The notes: generated by a model from the sequence alone, not told the origin. Numbered from the whole stretch's first letter, positions 26,929 to 40,718 are shown. The stretch is 63,647 bases of DNA, filler included, from Reticulomyxa filosa (GCA_000512085.1; 26 parts of 26 records of this genome joined end to end with filler, not necessarily neighbours in it), one strand, 5' to 3'. Program-made: numbers and translations.

Positions 26929-28285
26929 GGCCCTTTTNNNNNNNNNNNNNNNNNNNNNNNNNNNNNNNNNNNNNNNNNNNNTTAATTAATTAANNNNNNN
27001 NNNNNNNNNNNNNNNNNNNNNNNNNNNNNNNNNNNNNTATTCCTGGACATATTTCAGGAGATGTTTGCTTTGGGCTTATTCTCACCGAAGCTCTCTGTGT
27101 TGTTGTCTTTACTTTTAGAACAAGGGATCAAGGGCGAGATACACTCTCCCAATAAACTTTTGAAAAATGCTTCTTCTTCTTCTGGGAAACTTAAAAAAGT
27201 GTATGGAAGACTGGATCTTATTTGTGACATTTTTCCTTTGAAAAAGAAAAGGGGGATTTTTGATGTTGGTGTTGTACATTTGTAGAGTTGTGACATAACA
27301 AGCCATACAATATCAAAACATTAATTTTTTTTTATTAGATTGAAAGTCAAATTTTTTGATTTTTTTATAATAATCATTTCAATTCCTCCTTTAGTTTATT
27401 TAGAAATTTTTTACGATAAATATAATTTAATAAAAGATATCAAATGTTAATATTTTAATCTATAGAAAGTATGCAGATAGACTCGATTTAGTTTTCGGTT
27501 TTGTCTTTGAAAAAACTAATAACTGGAGTTAATTGCGGGTGATAATATGCAACCGACTGATTTTGCTATCTTCTATTGTCTAGAGTTAGTGTCAAGAAAA
27601 AAAACAATACGTACTCAAAAGAGCCGCCCATAAGACTGCGCAAAATTAGGAATTGATTCTTGCCACTATTCCTGGCAAAAAAAGATCTCGAGTAGGAGTA
27701 GACGACAAGAAGAATAACGTATAACAGAAAAAATATATTTTAAACACGACGCCAGAATAGTGCATTAAGGAAAAAAAGAATCAAAAACACGACGAAAATA
27801 GTAATAGTATTAATCTGTATCGTGATATCAAAACTATATTTCAATTAAAGTAGTTTGCAGGAGAAAAAAATAGCACAATAACAATAACTTTTTCTAATAA
27901 ATATTTCATAGTTAATACTATCCGCAATTTTCATGAAAATCATTTGCGTTCCAACCATATTTATATACGTTTACATCAGAATCAAACAATAATTTTTCAA
28001 ATTGTAATCCCAACATTTAGAAACTTTTTTTTGACAAAAAACGTTTGCAATCAAGTAGTTGGGATTAAGACTTTATTGTGTCACAATCAATGGAGCAGCT
28101 CATCGATTTTTTTTTACTTCCTTCAAAGACTTTAACGCATGCACTACAATGATGATTGACATATTTCGCCAATCGATTTCAAAATNNNNNNNNNNNNNNN
28201 NNNNNNNNNNNNNNNNNNNNNNNNNNNNNTTAATTAATTAANNNNNNNNNNNNNNNNNNNNNNNNNNNNNNNNNNNNNNNNNNNN

Positions 28286-29480
28286 CTTCCGAACATTTGC
28301 TTACTATCTTTTAATCCATTTGTGAAACATTGAAAAGCATCATCGAAATGTTTTCCATTTAGATTCACTGCAATTATCCCAAGTAATTTTGCACATCCTC
28401 CACGCACGTATGCATTATCATTTTTATCAATGAATATATCCATTGAAGAGTTAAAAGCTTCATTCAATTGTTGTTCATTACATTTATTTGAAATTATTTC
28501 AAGTAATTGAATGTATTTGATACAAATATTTTGATGTTTATTCTTATCATTTAACTTATCCATACAACAATTCAATGCAATGTTTATTTGTTTTTCATCC
28601 AATCTCTGTGCAATTTCTTTAAGTAGATCAGCGTATTCATCAACTGTATCTATCTTTTCATAACCGAATTTACTAATGAAATAATTAAAAGCATTATCCA
28701 ATTGTTTCCCAGACAATTTCACTGTAATTGCCTCAAGTGCTTCTCTATACGTCTCATAATAATCTGCATTGAGTACGTCTTTGGATAATTGATGAATGAA
28801 ACATTGAAAGATATCACCTAATTGTCCTTCTTTCAATTTCATTAGAAATTGAGTATGAGTTGTATTACTAAAATAAAAATATGAAGGAAACCTATGAATG
28901 AAATATTGGAATGCATTATCCAACTGTTTTCCTCCCAATTGTGACGAAATCGTTGCAAGTGCGTATGGTAACCAACATTACTTCGAAGCAAAATAATGGA
29001 TCGTGTTTGTATTTACGATGGCAGTTGTTCATGTATTTTGTGAGATGGAGTGACTCTTGGAAATACAACTATCATCTATTAGCTATTACTGCAAGGATGA
29101 AGCGTATATTGAGAGCTTGCACACATTGTGAAAATGATGGTCACTATTTTCTTGGCTTACATGCCGTTTTGGAAAAGATTTGCCAATTTATTTGATTGAT
29201 CGGGGATTGTACTTCCAATATTGTAGACCAATCGACGTTGTTCACCGACCCAACCTTTTCATGTGTCTTTCACATTGACAATATTCGCTGCTGTTGATGT
29301 GATTCATCATGGAAGAGTCACCACATTAATTCTCTGAATATCATTTACACATCGACTTTTTTTTGCAGTTTTTTGTACGGTTCTCTCCAAGACAGCAGTA
29401 TTTGCTTTACATTTTTGTACGTGCCTTCTTCTTCATTTACAGTCCCACCACATTCACTGCCCGTTAATTTAACATATCCT
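28286..29480 (-). pseudogene. HEAT/ARM-like repeat protein of an expanded family, upstream part degenerate
   Basis: ORF 28234-28938 has ~40-aa repeats (KQLDNAFQ.., QQLNEAFN.., YVRGGCAKLLGIIAVNLNGKHFDDAFQC). Sequence beyond 28940 contains many stops. Confidence 0.7.
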
Positions 29481-29789
29481 AGTTGTTGCAAAAACAAAAA
29501 CAATAAACAGCAAATTAATTCANNNNNNNNNNNNNNNNNNNNNNNNNNNNNNNNNNNNNNNNNNNNTTAATTAATTAANNNNNNNNNNNNNNNNNNNNNN
29601 NNNNNNNNNNNNNNNNNNNNNNCAATGACGAAAAGTATTAATTTAATAAATTGCCCAAAATACGAGCAATTGCAGCAATAATAGTTTTTGTTGTGCGCAA
29701 ATTACGCGAACATCCACAATTGGCAGAAATGGAATGCAAAAACAATCGGATGAAAAAAATATAATTGAAACATGGTCACTCAAGTGTAT

Positions 29790-30470
29790 CCATCTCAATA
29801 GTTTTGAACTTATCCAAACTGATAAAAAAGTTTATTGAACGTGGATATTGCATTTTTTTCAAATCGAATTTAGTTCCACACACATTGGATATTATTTATG
29901 AAAAATTAAAATTTGAACTCACAGGAAAGCGCTCAAAGTTTGAGTATTGCTTTGGCATTACTAAAACATCAATTAAATCAATTGGTGTATGTGAAGAAAA
30001 AAAAAACATGATGTAAATCAATTTGCTAAATTGCCTTAATAGCAATGTTGCCCATGTAGTTTTTTTTTGTTATTTTATTTTTTCTATTTCTTTTGGTCTA
30101 GCTGAGTCATTGATCAATTCAATGACAATTTTAACCCTTCAAAATCTGATACAGTACTTGTTGCTGTTTTTGAACTTAATCACAGAACTGTTACAAAAGC
30201 ATGTACTCGTTTAGCTTTTCTACATGTCTTATAGGACAACTTGAAAAGCCAATTGAATATCTCGAAATATCAATAAATATTTTTTAAAAAAGTGATTGAA
30301 AATATAGACAAACTTGGTGGTGAAACAGCTCTTATTTTGGCATTTTTGTTTCAAACAACAATGATTCGAAAGTGGCAATCACATGTTTGGAATAATCCTG
30401 GAGAATAGAGAGCAAGTGTCAAGAAAGTGGAATAAATAAACAAAGTAAAAATTAAAGAATTTAGGCAAGT
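29790..30470 (+). pseudogene. Degenerate helical-repeat (TPR-like) relic
   Basis: Fragments such as GQLEKPIEYLEISINIF and ETALILAFLF, broken by stops and frameshifts. Confidence 0.3.
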
Positions 30471-31403
30471 ATTCAACGAATAAGAAAAGCATTCTTTTTT
30501 TTTTTGTATCGCAAAAACTTATGAAAGTGATGTCACTGAATAAAACGCTTCAGTCAAAGCCCTCTTTAAAAAAAACAATTACGACTCAAATTTAAATTTG
30601 GTTCGTTAATTTTGACAAAAGTTAATTTCCAAAAGTTCAAGGTATATGATATTTGGTTCAACTAACATTTGGACTGCTTAATAACATCAGTCGTTTCGTT
30701 ATTTATTTTTGATTTGTTATTAAATTAATGAAAAGACTACAAAAATTTGTTTTTTTTTCTACAATAACAATACTTCCAAGGGAATTTTTAAAAAAAACTA
30801 GTTAATTAAAATAACTCACTGTTGAAAAAAAAAACAGAAGAAAACAATCAAAAACAACCAATAAATATTACTGAAAGCAAAATATTTTATTTCTACAAAT
30901 TTTTTTTGTGATTGAATAAATGAACATTTTTTGATAAGATGATAGCGAAAATCGAAGTTTTCGTTCAGTTATTTTGTTTTATATTGGGATGGCCCCCTTT
31001 GGGTAATGCCAAAAATGACGTGTTGCGGAAATTTTGAGACCTTGGCACAGAAAACAAAGGATATAAACTTATTGGAGGTTCGTGATTTTGGTTACGAAAG
31101 AAGATTTGAAAGTTCGTTCTTTAACACATTTCCAACTCTTAACAACGTCGTCAAGTGGAGTAGACCAATGAAGAAAAAAAGAAATTGCTTAAGATATGAG
31201 CAATCGAAGAATGAAAAAGTATCAGAGTTTTTGTGGTGATAGTTGAANNNNNNNNNNNNNNNNNNNNNNNNNNNNNNNNNNNNNNNNNNNNTTAATTAAT
31301 TAANNNNNNNNNNNNNNNNNNNNNNNNNNNNNNNNNNNNNNNNNNNNAAAAAAAAAAAAAAAAAAAAAAAAGGTGAAATTTGACATTTTTAAAATAAACA
31401 ATA

Positions 31404-34276
31404 GACGCTGGACCCAGTAACAGATACAGAGAACATGTTCCGTTTGTCGGAAATGACGCGTAAAACAGTAAGCCATCTGGTGGATGACGCATTTGCGCAA
31501 TGTGACAAAGAAGACACCCAAAAACTAAGTCGTGCTCAGTTTCGTGATTGGGTGACTCGCAACCCAGCGGCAATGGAAGTATTGAATACGGAATTTGCGA
31601 AACATGTATGGGGAGGACTGTGCGAGATATTACCTGAAGAGCAAAAAAAAACGAAGCAGTCGGAAGCTCTTTCCTCTGATAATGGAAACACGTTGGAGGC
31701 ATTTGGCGACGAAAACATTGTCACTGCAGGAAGTATAGGTGGGATCACCAGCGGCGGTGTCTTTCACGCAACGACACTCAGTGCCGAGATCCCCAATAAT
31801 ACACTCGCATCAGCCAGTGCCAGTCCGCCACCGACTGTTACTGATAACATTTCTTCTGTGTCACCACGGCCCGTCCACACCGCTCGTCGAAGCGAATCTC
31901 CGCGGCGTACGAAATCCTTGCCTGGCACAAATGGTTCTTTTTCTTTTTTTTTTTTTTTTGGTTCACATTACACATTTTCAATTTGTTAGAAGATGTATAA
32001 AAGTATATGTATATACTTTTTTTTTTTTTTGGCACAAATTTTTTTTAAAAAAAAAATCCCCAAAATAATGTGCCATTGTAATGTTAACGTATATATGCTA
32101 TTTAAATAACTACATAGTATCACCGGGGATTGGGCAACCTCAAGTACCTACGGCACTAATTCCGCTACACCAAAAACTCGTGGAGAAATATCAAAGTGAG
32201 ATGCACGAAGAGTATTTTTGCGTGTATATATGCAAGACGTGCGGATTCAAATTCACGACGTCCACGCAAAAGAGTGACACGAATGGGCATCATGGGGCGA
32301 CATCACCAAGCACGACGATGACAACGGCGACGGAAGACAACACAACGGAAGTACTGGTGTTTGACAAGAGCAATGGTCACAACTTGCATGGTCACAACCA
32401 CAATAAAGAGAAGGAGCTCGTCATAAGGTACTGCATTCAATGCGGTGGAAAACTCGAACCCAAAGACACCCGATCCGAGACACGTGTGGATTTAAACAGC
32501 GCCGTTAGTCGCACTTATACCAAGTCTTCAATCCGCAAAAAAGGCACCTTGTTCAAGATCGGTCGAACCACCGGGAGCTGGGTCGAGCGTGTTTATGTTT
32601 TGAAAGACAAATTTTTGTACGCTTTCAAGTTAAAAACTTTTTTTGTATATTATTTTAACCAAAGTTTTTTTTTTTTGAAATGATAACGATAAAAATAAAA
32701 ATAACAATAACAATAAATATAATCATATGATGAACCAAATGTTGGTATTTGAATGTATGTTTGGAAATGTGTAATGCGAACAATCCGTGCATAGGCCTTC
32801 GGATGAAGAAATGCCAACGGATGTGTTGTTTGTTCAAGGGTGGTTCATTGAGCCGTTCGAAGATCAATATACTCGTGGGAGAGACAGGGCGAAGCAATAC
32901 TTTGGCATTGAATTCCAACCGCCGCAGACAGTGGAATCGCAATCGTTGAAACGCTATGCCAAAACGAAAGAGGAAAGAGACAGCTGGATCAAGATTCTTC
33001 GAAGAGCGGCGTCAACTCTTTATTTTGGAGTTTTGTCTGTTCAAAAGTAAATGTCATTGGTGGACTTGTTTCAATCCAACACGATACGGGAACAAAAATA
33101 TCCATGACACTACTAAAATAAATAATACAGGATTATTATACCATTGGTGAAGTTTTAGGAAAGGGCCACTTTAGCGTTGTTCATTCGGGTACTCATAAGA
33201 CAACGAATAAAAAATATGCTATTAAGGTGATTGAAAAAAAAAGTATTGATGCACGTGAGCGATTGGCACTACGAAATGAAATTGCCATAATGAAACTTGT
33301 CAAACACCCTTATATTATTAATATGATTGATGTCTTTGAGGATCAAAAGATGATCTACATGGTCATGGCCTTGGTCGAGCATGGCGACCTATTTAAGAGG
33401 TGGCACTCCAAAACGGGAAATCCCAAAGTGTTCCCAGAACAAGTCACCAAGATTATCATTTGGAAATTGTTAGATGCCTTGCAATATTTGCACGGATTAG
33501 GAATTGTCCATAGAGATTTGAAACCTGAAAATGTTTTGTACAAACAACTATCCGGGCATACTAACAACAATTGTACATAATATATTACAAAAATACTTTG
33601 ATAACAGATTCTTTGTACACATGCGACTGACGATACCCAAATCGTGATATCCGATTTTGGTCTGAGCAAGTTTGCAGCTCCACACGCAGAAATGACCATG
33701 CCGTGCGGCACTCTCGCGTATGTTGCGCCAGAGGTGTTGGGAATGCAAAGATACGATCGCAAAGTCGACTTGTGGAGTTTGGGTTGTATTATGCACTTGC
33801 TGCTGCGTGGACTTTTGCCTTTTGATGGCAAAAAAAAAACGGAAGTGGTTGAAAAGACATTGACTAAGGAATTATGTCTCACAAACCATCCTCAATGGGA
33901 AAAATTTCAGATTTGGTATGTGTGTGTGTGTATATATGTATATATGTATATATATGTTTAATGAGTTGTGATACAATTTTTTTACAGATTGAATTCTTAT
34001 AAATAACATTAAATAAATATAAATAAATAAAAAATACAGGCAAAAGATTTGTTAACGAAATTACTAATAAAAGACCCCAAACATCGAATTGACGTAGAAG
34101 AAGCAATGGCTCATTCTTGGTTTGCTGATATTGAAACACAGGCCTTTCAAATTCACACCAATTTGAATGTTAGTTCTTTTTTGCACATTAAACCTACTCA
34201 TCAGGATTCAGAACGTTCAACCACACTTGAATCTTATCCAACTACGCGTACCTTGCCTGACGAAAACAACACATAA
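31404..34276 (+). CDS. EF-hand + CxxC/CxxC + PH + CAMK-group Ser/Thr kinase (CDPK7-like architecture), 5' partial
   Basis: EF-like DAFAQCDKEDTQKLSRAQFRDWV; CKTCG..CIQCG; PH domain KKGTLFKIGRTTGSWVERVYVL..EERDSWIKILR; kinase motifs GKGHFS, AIK, NE, HRDLKPEN, DFG, CGTLAYVAPE and DLWSLG. One-base slip in an A-run near 33900. Confidence 0.92.
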
Positions 34277-34963
34277 TTATCAGTGGGGTTATTAGGGCGT
34301 GTCGTTTGTTTTGTTTGCTTCGGAGTGATATATGTACTGCTTTTGTATGTGTGTCTATCTATGCTTTTTTCCCCTTTCTACCTATCCTCACCGGGATTTT
34401 GTGTACGGAGGTTTTTTTCCCCTTATTCTTTTTGTTTCTTTTTTTTATTTTTTTCTCCTTTTCTTCTATCTTGGTTTGAGAAGGTTGCAATCCTCGTCTT
34501 TTTTTTTGGTGAGAACAATTTATTTTCAATGTGTTTGATTGCATTGAACTTCCTTTAAAAAAAAGATTTCAATGCAATTTAAAAGTTTTTGTTTTTTTTG
34601 TTTGTTCTTATGAAATTATTTAGTTGTTTCTGTTGAAAATTCCTTTCATTTTCTTCCGCAAAAAAAAAAAAAAAGGCAACATGTAGTATGAGTAGGCCTA
34701 AAAAACAAATGAGTGTAGTATTGCACAATTAAGTTGCAGATTTTCACAATGCCAAATTGAAATTGGGTAGTTACATTCCGAATTGTGAGAATTACAAATT
34801 TGATTGAAATTGATTTGATAATTTATTGTTAAAATATAGTCAACATTGACTAACTGCACAAAACAAATGTATAGTTTTGAAATGTCCCAAAACTACTGTC
34901 TGCATAACAGTTTCTGTTTTTTGAGAATCAATAGGGATAAATTTATAATAATAATAATAATCA

Positions 34964-35667
34964 ATGCTCACTCTAGATGAATGCTTAGTGCTTTGGAAAA
35001 TCCATGTATGGCGTTCTCACAAAGAGGAATCTGGCTTTCGTCAATTATTGCAGTCAATCCAAGCAAAATTGCGTACTTCCAAGCAAGAACTGCTACAAAC
35101 AAAGAAATTATTGGAAGTTGTGGATCACAAAAAAAAAATTGATTTATCTTCCTGTCCATGAAAAATGTGTCCTCAAAAGAGACATATAACAAATGAAAAA
35201 TATGTATGTGCGTTTGCAAAAGCAACAAAAAGTAGGTCTCGTTTCAAACATCCAAAAAATTGAGATAACAATAAGCAATCTACGAGAACAATTGAACGCA
35301 ATATGCAAAGTTTGGCATTGCAACATATTATAAAAAGAGACACTACATATGTCCAATGAATCGAAAAGTAATTGATTGTATAGTAGAAAGATTGAAGAAA
35401 ACAAGAGAGAGAGAGAGAGAAAGAGAATGAAACCAAATAGCGACAAACATTAAACACAAATGCAAACAAAATAGGAAAGAGAAAAAGAGAAAAAAAGGAC
35501 ACGAAAGCGTTTGAATGAAAAGAGTTATGAAAAGATTAACGAAGCTTTGATAATGTTAGTGGAAGAACGTGAGCAGCATAATTGCCGCTTGGCATCAATT
35601 GAATCGGAGCTTCAAACCATACAATCATTGCTGCAAGAGGATTTCTGTGCAAGCCAATTCAAACAAG
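34964..35667 (+). pseudogene. Coiled-coil protein with several in-frame stops and frameshifts
   Basis: ORF 34964-35161 followed by heptad-like sequence interrupted by stops. Confidence 0.4.
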
Positions 35668-36620
35668 TTTTTTTTTTTTTTTACAATTGATGATTGCAGT
35701 TAGCAATACACCATATATTAAACTTCAAACACACANNNNNNNNNNNNNNNNNNNNNNNNNNNNNNNNNNNNNNNNNNNNTTAATTAATTAANNNNNNNNN
35801 NNNNNNNNNNNNNNNNNNNNNNNNNNNNNNNNNNNAGAATAAAATTTTGGAAAAAATTAGAAAGACTTAATAAAAAACCGAAATGATATTTAAAAACTAC
35901 AAGATTCGTAGCATCATTTTTCAACAAAAAATTTTAGTGATTTTATTTTTTAGTGAATTGAGTGGGATAATTTTCCATCTAATTCATGTTTCAATTTATT
36001 CTCTCATTAGACATTCTGTTTGATATTTTATAATATCATTACATTATCTTTGCAATAATTAGTAATACTTTCAGTAGGATGAAAGGAAAAGTGGCACCTT
36101 AATGTATTATTTAAATTTAAAAAACAAGAAAATTTAAAATGAGAATTGTATTCGTTAATTTTTCTTTGTAGAAGATGTAATGATTATTGCCAGTATTCTT
36201 TTTTGAAAAGAAGTTTACAACAATGCACTTTTTCATTTGAAGTGCTAACTTATTTTGGTAAAATTAAGCTTTTGCACATTTTTTCAATAAAACTTTTCTC
36301 TTAAATTATAGGGACTGATCTTTTTTTCGCTGTCGATTGCAATCAGACGTATTTAACAAAAAAGTGACGGTTTGATTCTAATGTCTAACAAAAATAAACG
36401 AATAAAACAAAGAACAGCACATTCAAAATATATTTTGCGGTGAGAGTCTGAAAAAAGTAATATATTGAATTTAACTCAACTTTAAAAAAATAAGTCATGA
36501 TCCATTGTTGTCATAAATTGCCCTATCTATGCGTTCCTTTCATTGTTGAGCGAGAAAGATCGAACATTTTTTCGTCTTGCATCATCTAAACCCAGCTCAT
36601 AGAAAGCAAAAAGTTGTAAA

Positions 36621-37110
36621 ATGACTATTATCCCTGGTGATGAAAAAAATTTCATACAAGTAGTACAGGTAAGAATCTTACCTTTCATAATTCTAAGTTA
36701 CTTTATTGTTTTTATTATATTTTACAATTGAACTAGTCAAAAGAAGAAGATCCAAATAATTATTCAACATTGGATTCAAAAGATCAATATTAAATTAGTA
36801 TGGATCCAAGAGTTTGATAAACTGTTGCTAAATATGTTATGTCTTCGTTTTTATTCAATGACAAATATTTATTTGTTATTACCCATATTCAATATTTTAC
36901 ATAGGCAATTGCCATCTTTATGTTTGACGCATTTTGCTCATCTTAATTCAAATATTTCGTAGGCATCAGATTGGGTGAATAGATCAAAGGATCAAAACGT
37001 TCGTTTGTGGGATATTCGGTCTTGTGAACAAATTCAAGAATTCAATGGACATCATAATTATGTGACTTGTGCTGAATATTCGCCAATTATTGCGAATCCA
37101 CGTGGAAAGG
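36621..37110 (+). pseudogene. Internally deleted WD40-family pseudogene
   Basis: Exon 1 MTIIPGDEKNFIQVVQ; exon 2 (about 36737-36834) SKEE-IQIIIQHWIQKINIKLVWIQEFDKL with frameshifts; remnant SKDQNVRLWDIRSCEQIQEFNGHHNYVTCAEYSP. Confidence 0.8.
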
Positions 37111-37918
37111 ATAATTTGTTTTGCAAGTTTTTTACTTATTTTAAGTATGTTGAATGATTATCCCTATATGAAATTCACTTATATCACTATTATTTGAATC
37201 ACTACGCGTACTTATAAGCGATTTTCATTTTGAAGAAAGAAAGTGGTAGATTAAGCATAAGAAATTGAAGGCAGAGTTTATGTATTCAATATCACACTTT
37301 TTGAATCTTTGTTTTTTAATATGCTTATTTACGGACACGTTGACTTTATGCATTTTATCATATTGATGATAATTCTAGAAATAATCGATCAGTCCTAATT
37401 TTATTTTAAAATTCGAATCCAATGTTAGATAACAGTTTGCTAATATTTAAAAAAGTAAAATAAAAATGGTAACATTCTGTGGTACAATTGTCATGCAACA
37501 ACAAATTGAAGAGAAACAAAATACTTTTGAAACTTTTTCATTGATATTAAAAGTGGTTTGGATATATCAACATTATTTTGTTTCCCTTTTTAAAATTCGT
37601 CAACGAGTGTTTTCATACAAAATGTAGAGCTGTAGTATGTTGAAAAAGAAAAGTTACGCATTTTATGACTATTATTTCTGTTTACAGCGATCTATACACG
37701 AAATCCGAACATCAAGTAAATTGCAACAGTTTTTTACCATAATACGCGCGTGCTCCTATGAAACTTTTAAGTAAAAGACAAACTAAGAAAATAAAAGAAA
37801 CATTTCAATTTCACTAAAATTTAATTTTTGTTGTTATGATCTGTTCGAAATTGTGTTGTGAGAAAGTACGGGTGACAAAAAAGGAGTGTGCACTGAAGAA
37901 AGACTACATCAATAAAAC

Positions 37919-38432
37919 ATGGCCTGGATCTTGAATTTTTTTGGATTGGCCACCATTTGCGTTTGGTGGACTCGTTTTTGCAGTTTCTTTCAAATACATT
38001 ATTTCTTTGCATTTTTGTTGTGAATAAATTGAAACAAAACCACAAAAGTGGGCCAAACATCGAATTTGCCCGAATCTGAGATGGACGCATTGCTGTGCTT
38101 CTATAATGCGACATATGGATTGACCTGGAACATTTCTTCAAATGATGGCTGTTCGTTTGAAGGAATAACTTGTGATTCCGAAAATGGGCAATCCACTGTC
38201 ACTAAAATTATCCTAGGTGACCAATACTTGTTTGGAACAATACCTGCCTGTGTGGCAAATCTCACCAATTTGAGACAATTGATTTTGATAGACAATTTTT
38301 TGGAAGGATCTATTCCCCCCGAAATTTGGTACACCTTTTGGAAAAAACATATCCAAAAAAAACTACTTTCTTTTTTTTTTTTTTGCAAAATAATAGCCAA
38401 CTTTCAAAACTGAGATCATTGGAATTGGATTA
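37919..38432 (+). CDS. Plant-type LRR protein, paralog of 5919-6975 (3' partial)
   Basis: MAWILNFFGLATICVWWTRFC signal exon, intron about 37983-38048, then SEMDALLCFYNATYGLTWNISSNDGCSFEGITC and LRRs. The first two intron positions match the paralog. Confidence 0.9.
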
Positions 38433-38532
38433 NNNNNNNNNNNNNNNNNNNNNNNNNNNNNNNNNNNNNNNNNNNNTTAATTAATTAANNNNNNNNNNNN
38501 NNNNNNNNNNNNNNNNNNNNNNNNNNNNNNNN

Positions 38533-38571
<39 letters not shown>

Positions 38572-38617
38572 AGGAATTCAACAATATATATATAAATATA
38601 TATACATATATATATTA

Positions 38618-39358
38618 CCATAAAAGATGATTTTATCCACCAATTGTTCTCCGTAAATTTTCATGACTTGCCACAAATTGAGGATTAAATCTGCCGACAA
38701 ATCATATTGTTGTACTGTGTTGTCTTTGTTTTGGTAATACCTTTCGTATTGTAGACTCATTTTTCTGGTTCTTTCTCGCTTGTGTCCAATTGACTTGGGG
38801 CGGTTGGTCCAGTTCTCTTGTTTGCGTTCTTTTTCTTTTCCATTGTTGTTCTTTTTGTCCTTCTCTTCTTTCTCGTCGTCGTCGTCGTTGTTGTCGTCGT
38901 TGTCGTCGTCGTTGTCGTCGTCATCATCACCATCATCGTCGTTGGCATTATCTCTCTTCTCCTCGTCGTCATTGTCGTTGAGTCTGCTTTCATGTGTGGC
39001 TCCATCTCTTTTCTTATTCTTCTCCTCACTGTCATGTTGCTGTCTTTTGTCTTTGCTTTTGCTCGTTCTGCTTGATTTGGCAGCAGCCGAGGAGGAAGAG
39101 GAGGAGGAGGAGGAGGAGGAGAAGGAAGAGGAAAACAGCCCGTAGCGCAGTACCTCATCTCTGAGGATGGACACAAGTACAAGCGACGAAGCCCGCTGCC
39201 ATTCGCAGGCGTAGGAGACACAGTACCCGTACATCCACGGCTTTCTTATCCTTGGAAATATCAGCCATTCTAACACAATCACCAATATCAATTTTGCCAT
39301 TTCCTCTTTGGTTTTTTTTTCTTGTTGGTATTGTATTTTTTTATCATTTTTATTGTTA

Positions 39359-39396
<38 letters not shown>

Positions 39397-40535
39397 GTTA
39401 TTGTCTGCACTTGATGCATTTACATTGGCTGTCGAATTGGCACGCAAAAAAGTGCCGTAGTGTGACGTTTGGACGGACAGAATGTTATGATAGATGAAAT
39501 ACAAAATATCCAAATTGGACGAGAAATCACAAGAAAAGATATCGTGGATGCATTCCAATACAAACTCGTACAACTCCAATGGCTTCTTTGTGATAAACAA
39601 CATGTCCCCTTGGCTCAGTTTATTTACAATTTTGAACAACTGAGACATGTCTTGGGACACCATTCGGTGATGCATCATTTCGTACAACAGCACCAACGAC
39701 AGCTTTGGAAACGTTAATTCCCTGCATCGCACATACATACATGTATATGTGTTCAGTAATATTAAGCAGAAAGGGGGGGGGGGGGGGGAAGGAAAAGGGG
39801 GAGGTTCCTCTCAAAACTGAACGAATGAACTAAGACAAAACTGTGAAGTGTAAAGACATGGATTTTTAAGAAACAAGTGTAGCATCTTGGGCAATGCAAC
39901 CGAGAAAAATGAAGAGACAGAAGAAGAAGAAGAAGATGATGATGATGATGATGATGATGGCAATGGCGAAGATGATGATGAATGCTGGACAGAAGAGGTG
40001 ACAGTGTTAGCAAGACCTTGCTCTTGCCACAGTTCTCGTAACATTGGCTTGACCACGTAGTGGAGCAGCTCATCCATGCATGGAAACAAAGAGTGATAAA
40101 AGGCCTTGATGAGAATAGGCTGAATCGTAGTGGTTATATATTTGAGCTCTCTTTGTCCTTGCATCTGTCCTCTTTTTTTTTCATCGCTATCCTCGCGGCT
40201 ATCTTTCAGATAAATATAGTTTCTCAATATGGTTAGTAGGATTTCCGGTGCCTTCAAGTAATACACAAACTGAAACATTACATCATTCTTTGCATCATTC
40301 AAATGCTTAATGTGCAATGATATATTGCTTGGGGTGTAACAGTCCACCACCGAAAAAAATTCCGACTGTCCTTCCTCTTGCTCCACGAGCGCCTCTGTTG
40401 ATAAACTACTTCCGACAGATGGTGATATTGGAATGTTCACTGTCTCAAGCCAACAACTATAATACTGTAAATTCTTTTTCAAATGCGCTATGTTTTGATA
40501 TTTTTCAAATATACTTTGCTCCAATCGATTCTGTT
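38618..40535 (-). CDS. Large helical protein fragment, possibly a divergent RasGAP-fold domain
   Basis: ORFs 39811-40524 and 38578-39738. IVLEWLIFPRIRKPWMYG..QRASSLVLVSILR has the spacing of RasGAP FLRFxCPAIxxPxxFG..RxLxLxxKxLQ. Coding status is clear; the domain call is weak. Confidence 0.45.
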
Positions 40536-40718
40536 CACATTTTTTTTTTTTTTTTTTTTTTTTTGTTTTGTTTTGTTTTACTTTGTTTGNNNNNNNNNNN
40601 NNNNNNNNNNNNNNNNNNNNNNNNNNNNNNNNNTTAATTAATTAANNNNNNNNNNNNNNNNNNNNNNNNNNNNNNNNNNNNNNNNNNNNACACACACACA
40701 CACACACACACGACAAAA

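Noticed and set aside
26225-26989. Long antisense or alternate-frame ORFs such as 26225-26989 (+), 46777-47466 (-) and 33355-33882 (-)
   Set aside because: They are shadows of real genes on the opposite strand or translations of microsatellites.
27054-27306. Short ORFs at the start of contig 27038-28185
   Set aside because: No recognisable motif and no frame stands out, so a gene cannot be supported.
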